Origin: the human T2T-CHM13v2.0 reference genome, Homo sapiens
Strand: one strand, 5' to 3'
Assembly (NCBI RefSeq): GCF_009914755.1
Contig: NC_060929.1
DNA: 64,000 bases
The translations under genes and the position numbers were made by a program. The notes under the pieces were generated by a model. The model did no database searches. It was not told the origin of the DNA and saw only the letters and a list, made by a program, of their open reading frames with translations. Position 1 is the first letter of the stretch, and each line of letters starts with the position of its first letter. Shown piece by piece: positions 61,556 through 64,000 of this stretch.

Positions 61556-63619
61556 CTAATGTGTTATGATTTTTTTTTCTCCTTGAATTTTACTTCCTCT
61601 TCTTTCTCTGTTCTTCTATTTTGTGTCTTCCCCATCATTTTGTTAATGCTTCTCCCTTTGAAAAAAAAATATTTTAGGTCCCTTTTTCAGGTTCTTTTGT
61701 GACAGAGCTTGGCTTCCTGTGTTCTCACTCTTTCACTCACTGACTCAGAGTAGAGGCTGCTTTACTGGAACTTAGGAGAAGCCAGAGGTTTGCTTTCAGT
61801 CCTGTTTTCTCCCAAGCCTAAAACTCTTATTTCAAGGGAGAAGATGTGTAGGCCAAGTTGAGAAAAGCAAGCAACAAGCCTAAAAATCATTTTCCTCACC
61901 AGCTGCCCTTGGGCTACATCCTGTAGAAAGGTGACAAGGACACTTGGAGCTGTCCATTTGCTCCCCAAATGTGTCTCCCAATGCCCAGCATCTTATGCAG
62001 CCTTTGACATGAGTAAAGTCCCTCAAGGTAAGCCATGGGAAAGATCAACCTACTACACAACCATCTTTTACTGCAACCCAAGGTACATTTTAACTTTCCC
62101 AGTTTATTTGAAGGAGAATATTAACAAATATCAGTTTTTTCCCCTGGAAAACATAGAGGAAAGATTAAAAACAGAAAAATGTTTGCCAATTCAGTATTTC
62201 CAGGCCTAATATTCAGATACCACCTAATAACAATGAACTTTAGATGTAGGTTTAAAGCCCAACTCTGGAACTACATGTCTCATCCTCTACTTACAGCTTA
62301 GAAGATGCTTACTACCACAAAATTAATTATATTATACTACTACTTTCATCTTTATTGTTTTAAGTTGAAGCAGCCAAACTGCATTTGTCTGCAGCAATTA
62401 GGGAAGGAATATTCATTTGTAAGTTAATCCCAGTAACTAGTTCTTAGAATTGACAAATGAATAGAAAATGCTCAATCAAACCTCTGGGTAAGAATTTGAA
62501 GATTGTTTCAAGTGAGATCAGGGAAAATTGTGCAGCTAATTAAGACAACCATGGGAAAAGAGTGAACCATGATGTTCATTATGACTCAGTTGATAATACT
62601 TCTAGGTAAAGTCCACACTATTTGGAAAGCACTGCAGCATTCCTGGTGTCAAAACCTCCAAAAGCACATTAGAAAAGTGAAAGATGTTGGTCCATGATGA
62701 GCTCATCTAGTTATTTTAGGATTTCTGTAGTCACCTATGTTTGGTATTAAATGATGATAACGAAAATGCCTTTCATTATTTATCCCTGGTTATCATGCTT
62801 TCCATTCAAAATAATAAATAGAAAAGAAAACCAACTAACAAATAGCTCATGGCTGGATTTGTTCCAGTCAGTTCCAATAGAACCACAAGTTGCTAAAGAA
62901 ATTTACCCATTGACAATAACAACAGCACAGCAGCGAATCTTGAGCCTTTCTTTCACACTTCCCACTGTCACTCGCTGTAGGGGCTCAGATTTTGAGAAAT
63001 TTAACCTGCATGCAAATGTGTGACAGTGCTTTCCTGGCAACCTGTCATTTAATAAAGAATAGGAAATGAAAGGCCTCACTATTGCCACAAGGTTCCTTTT
63101 ATGCAAGTTTCCATAACTTAGGGAGATGCCTTTGCTGCTTACTCTTTGTTTCCCTCATTCATACCACTTTGCATTACCTCAAAGCAAAGAAGGGGGACTG
63201 CTGGTCCCAGCAGTGAAAGGTCTCAGGAATGGGTCGAGATTCCTTTCAAGGGAAAAGGAAGGGCACCCTCAGATTAGATGTTCTCCAATCTGCCCTGGAA
63301 CACTGAGCTGGAGCCCCAGAAACCACTGCCTAATAACAATAATTTGCATACCAAATATATTAAAGTCCTAGAAAGTCTGAAGAATACCATTTGCTTAAAG
63401 TTTAAGTAACCTCAGCAGCACTTAAGACCAAGGACTGGAATGTACAGCTGTGCAAGTCATACCCCAACTACAGGCATGTGGCAGAGGTGGGGAGTGGAGG
63501 CCAGGATCCAAGGCTGCTGCTGCCAACAGGGAGAGGCACCTTTCACTAATTCACCCAAACCCACATGTGGATGAATGGAGGCCATGAAAAGTCACCTGAA
63601 CTCTTCTGCTTGATGGTGA

Positions 63620-64000
63620 GAATGTGGAACATGGCATCCCTCTCCCAAAGCCCCCAAGGCTTCTCAGCACCCTGAGCATCAACTCCGAAGTCCAAGTGCT
63701 AACATGCCCTGAGCCCACTGACCTCTCTAACCTCAGCTTCCCCACACCTTCCGTGCGTTATTCCTGCACCCTGGTCTTCTTTCTGTTCCTTGAAGACACC
63801 AGCACATTCCTGCTTCAGGGCGTTTGCACTTGCTGTTCCCTCTGGCTCAGTCCTGCATGTCATTCAGGTGCCTGATCAAATGTCACCTCCTCAGAGAGGC
63901 CTTCCCTGACCACCTAGTCTAAATTGCACCTTTCCTCCTCTCTATCCCTTATCTTGCCTTTAAAAAAAATATATAGCACTTACTACTTGAATTTTATATT
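63620..64000. mobile_element. L2 fragment
   Basis: tttgcacttgctgttccctctg...aaatgtcacctcctcagagaggccttccctgaccacc motif. Confidence 0.8.

Overview
This is primate (human) genomic DNA: a near-consensus AluYb8 is present, and the genes match the MRPS27/PTCD2 locus that I recall on 5q13.2. Two nuclear genes for mitochondrial PPR-type proteins sit head-to-head, with only 161 bp between their ATGs. MRPS27 is on the minus strand; exons 1-2 are in the window and the rest lies beyond the left edge. PTCD2 is on the plus strand; all 10 coding exons reconstruct to 1167 nt (388 aa + stop) with GT-AG junctions and consistent phases, followed by a 3' UTR that probably reaches about 10 kb. The rest is intronic or intergenic DNA with many Alus, old L1/L2/MIR fragments, MaLR/ERV solo LTRs, DNA-transposon relics, a 7SL pseudogene and a second CpG island inside MRPS27 intron 2. 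The most notable observations are: a decayed duplicate of PTCD2 exon 4 that keeps its acceptor; near-identical exon-2 starts in the two divergent genes; a triple-CCAAT island with ~50-bp periodicity; an AluYb8 that closes an inverted-Alu pair around exon 5; reconstituted 5' splice sites at two exon junctions; a duplication-inversion-duplication scar; and an orphan exon-like segment downstream. I found no prokaryote-type systems. Most ORFs in the provided track are Alu-derived or chance frames. Repeat boundaries are approximate and family names come from recognition, not from a database search.
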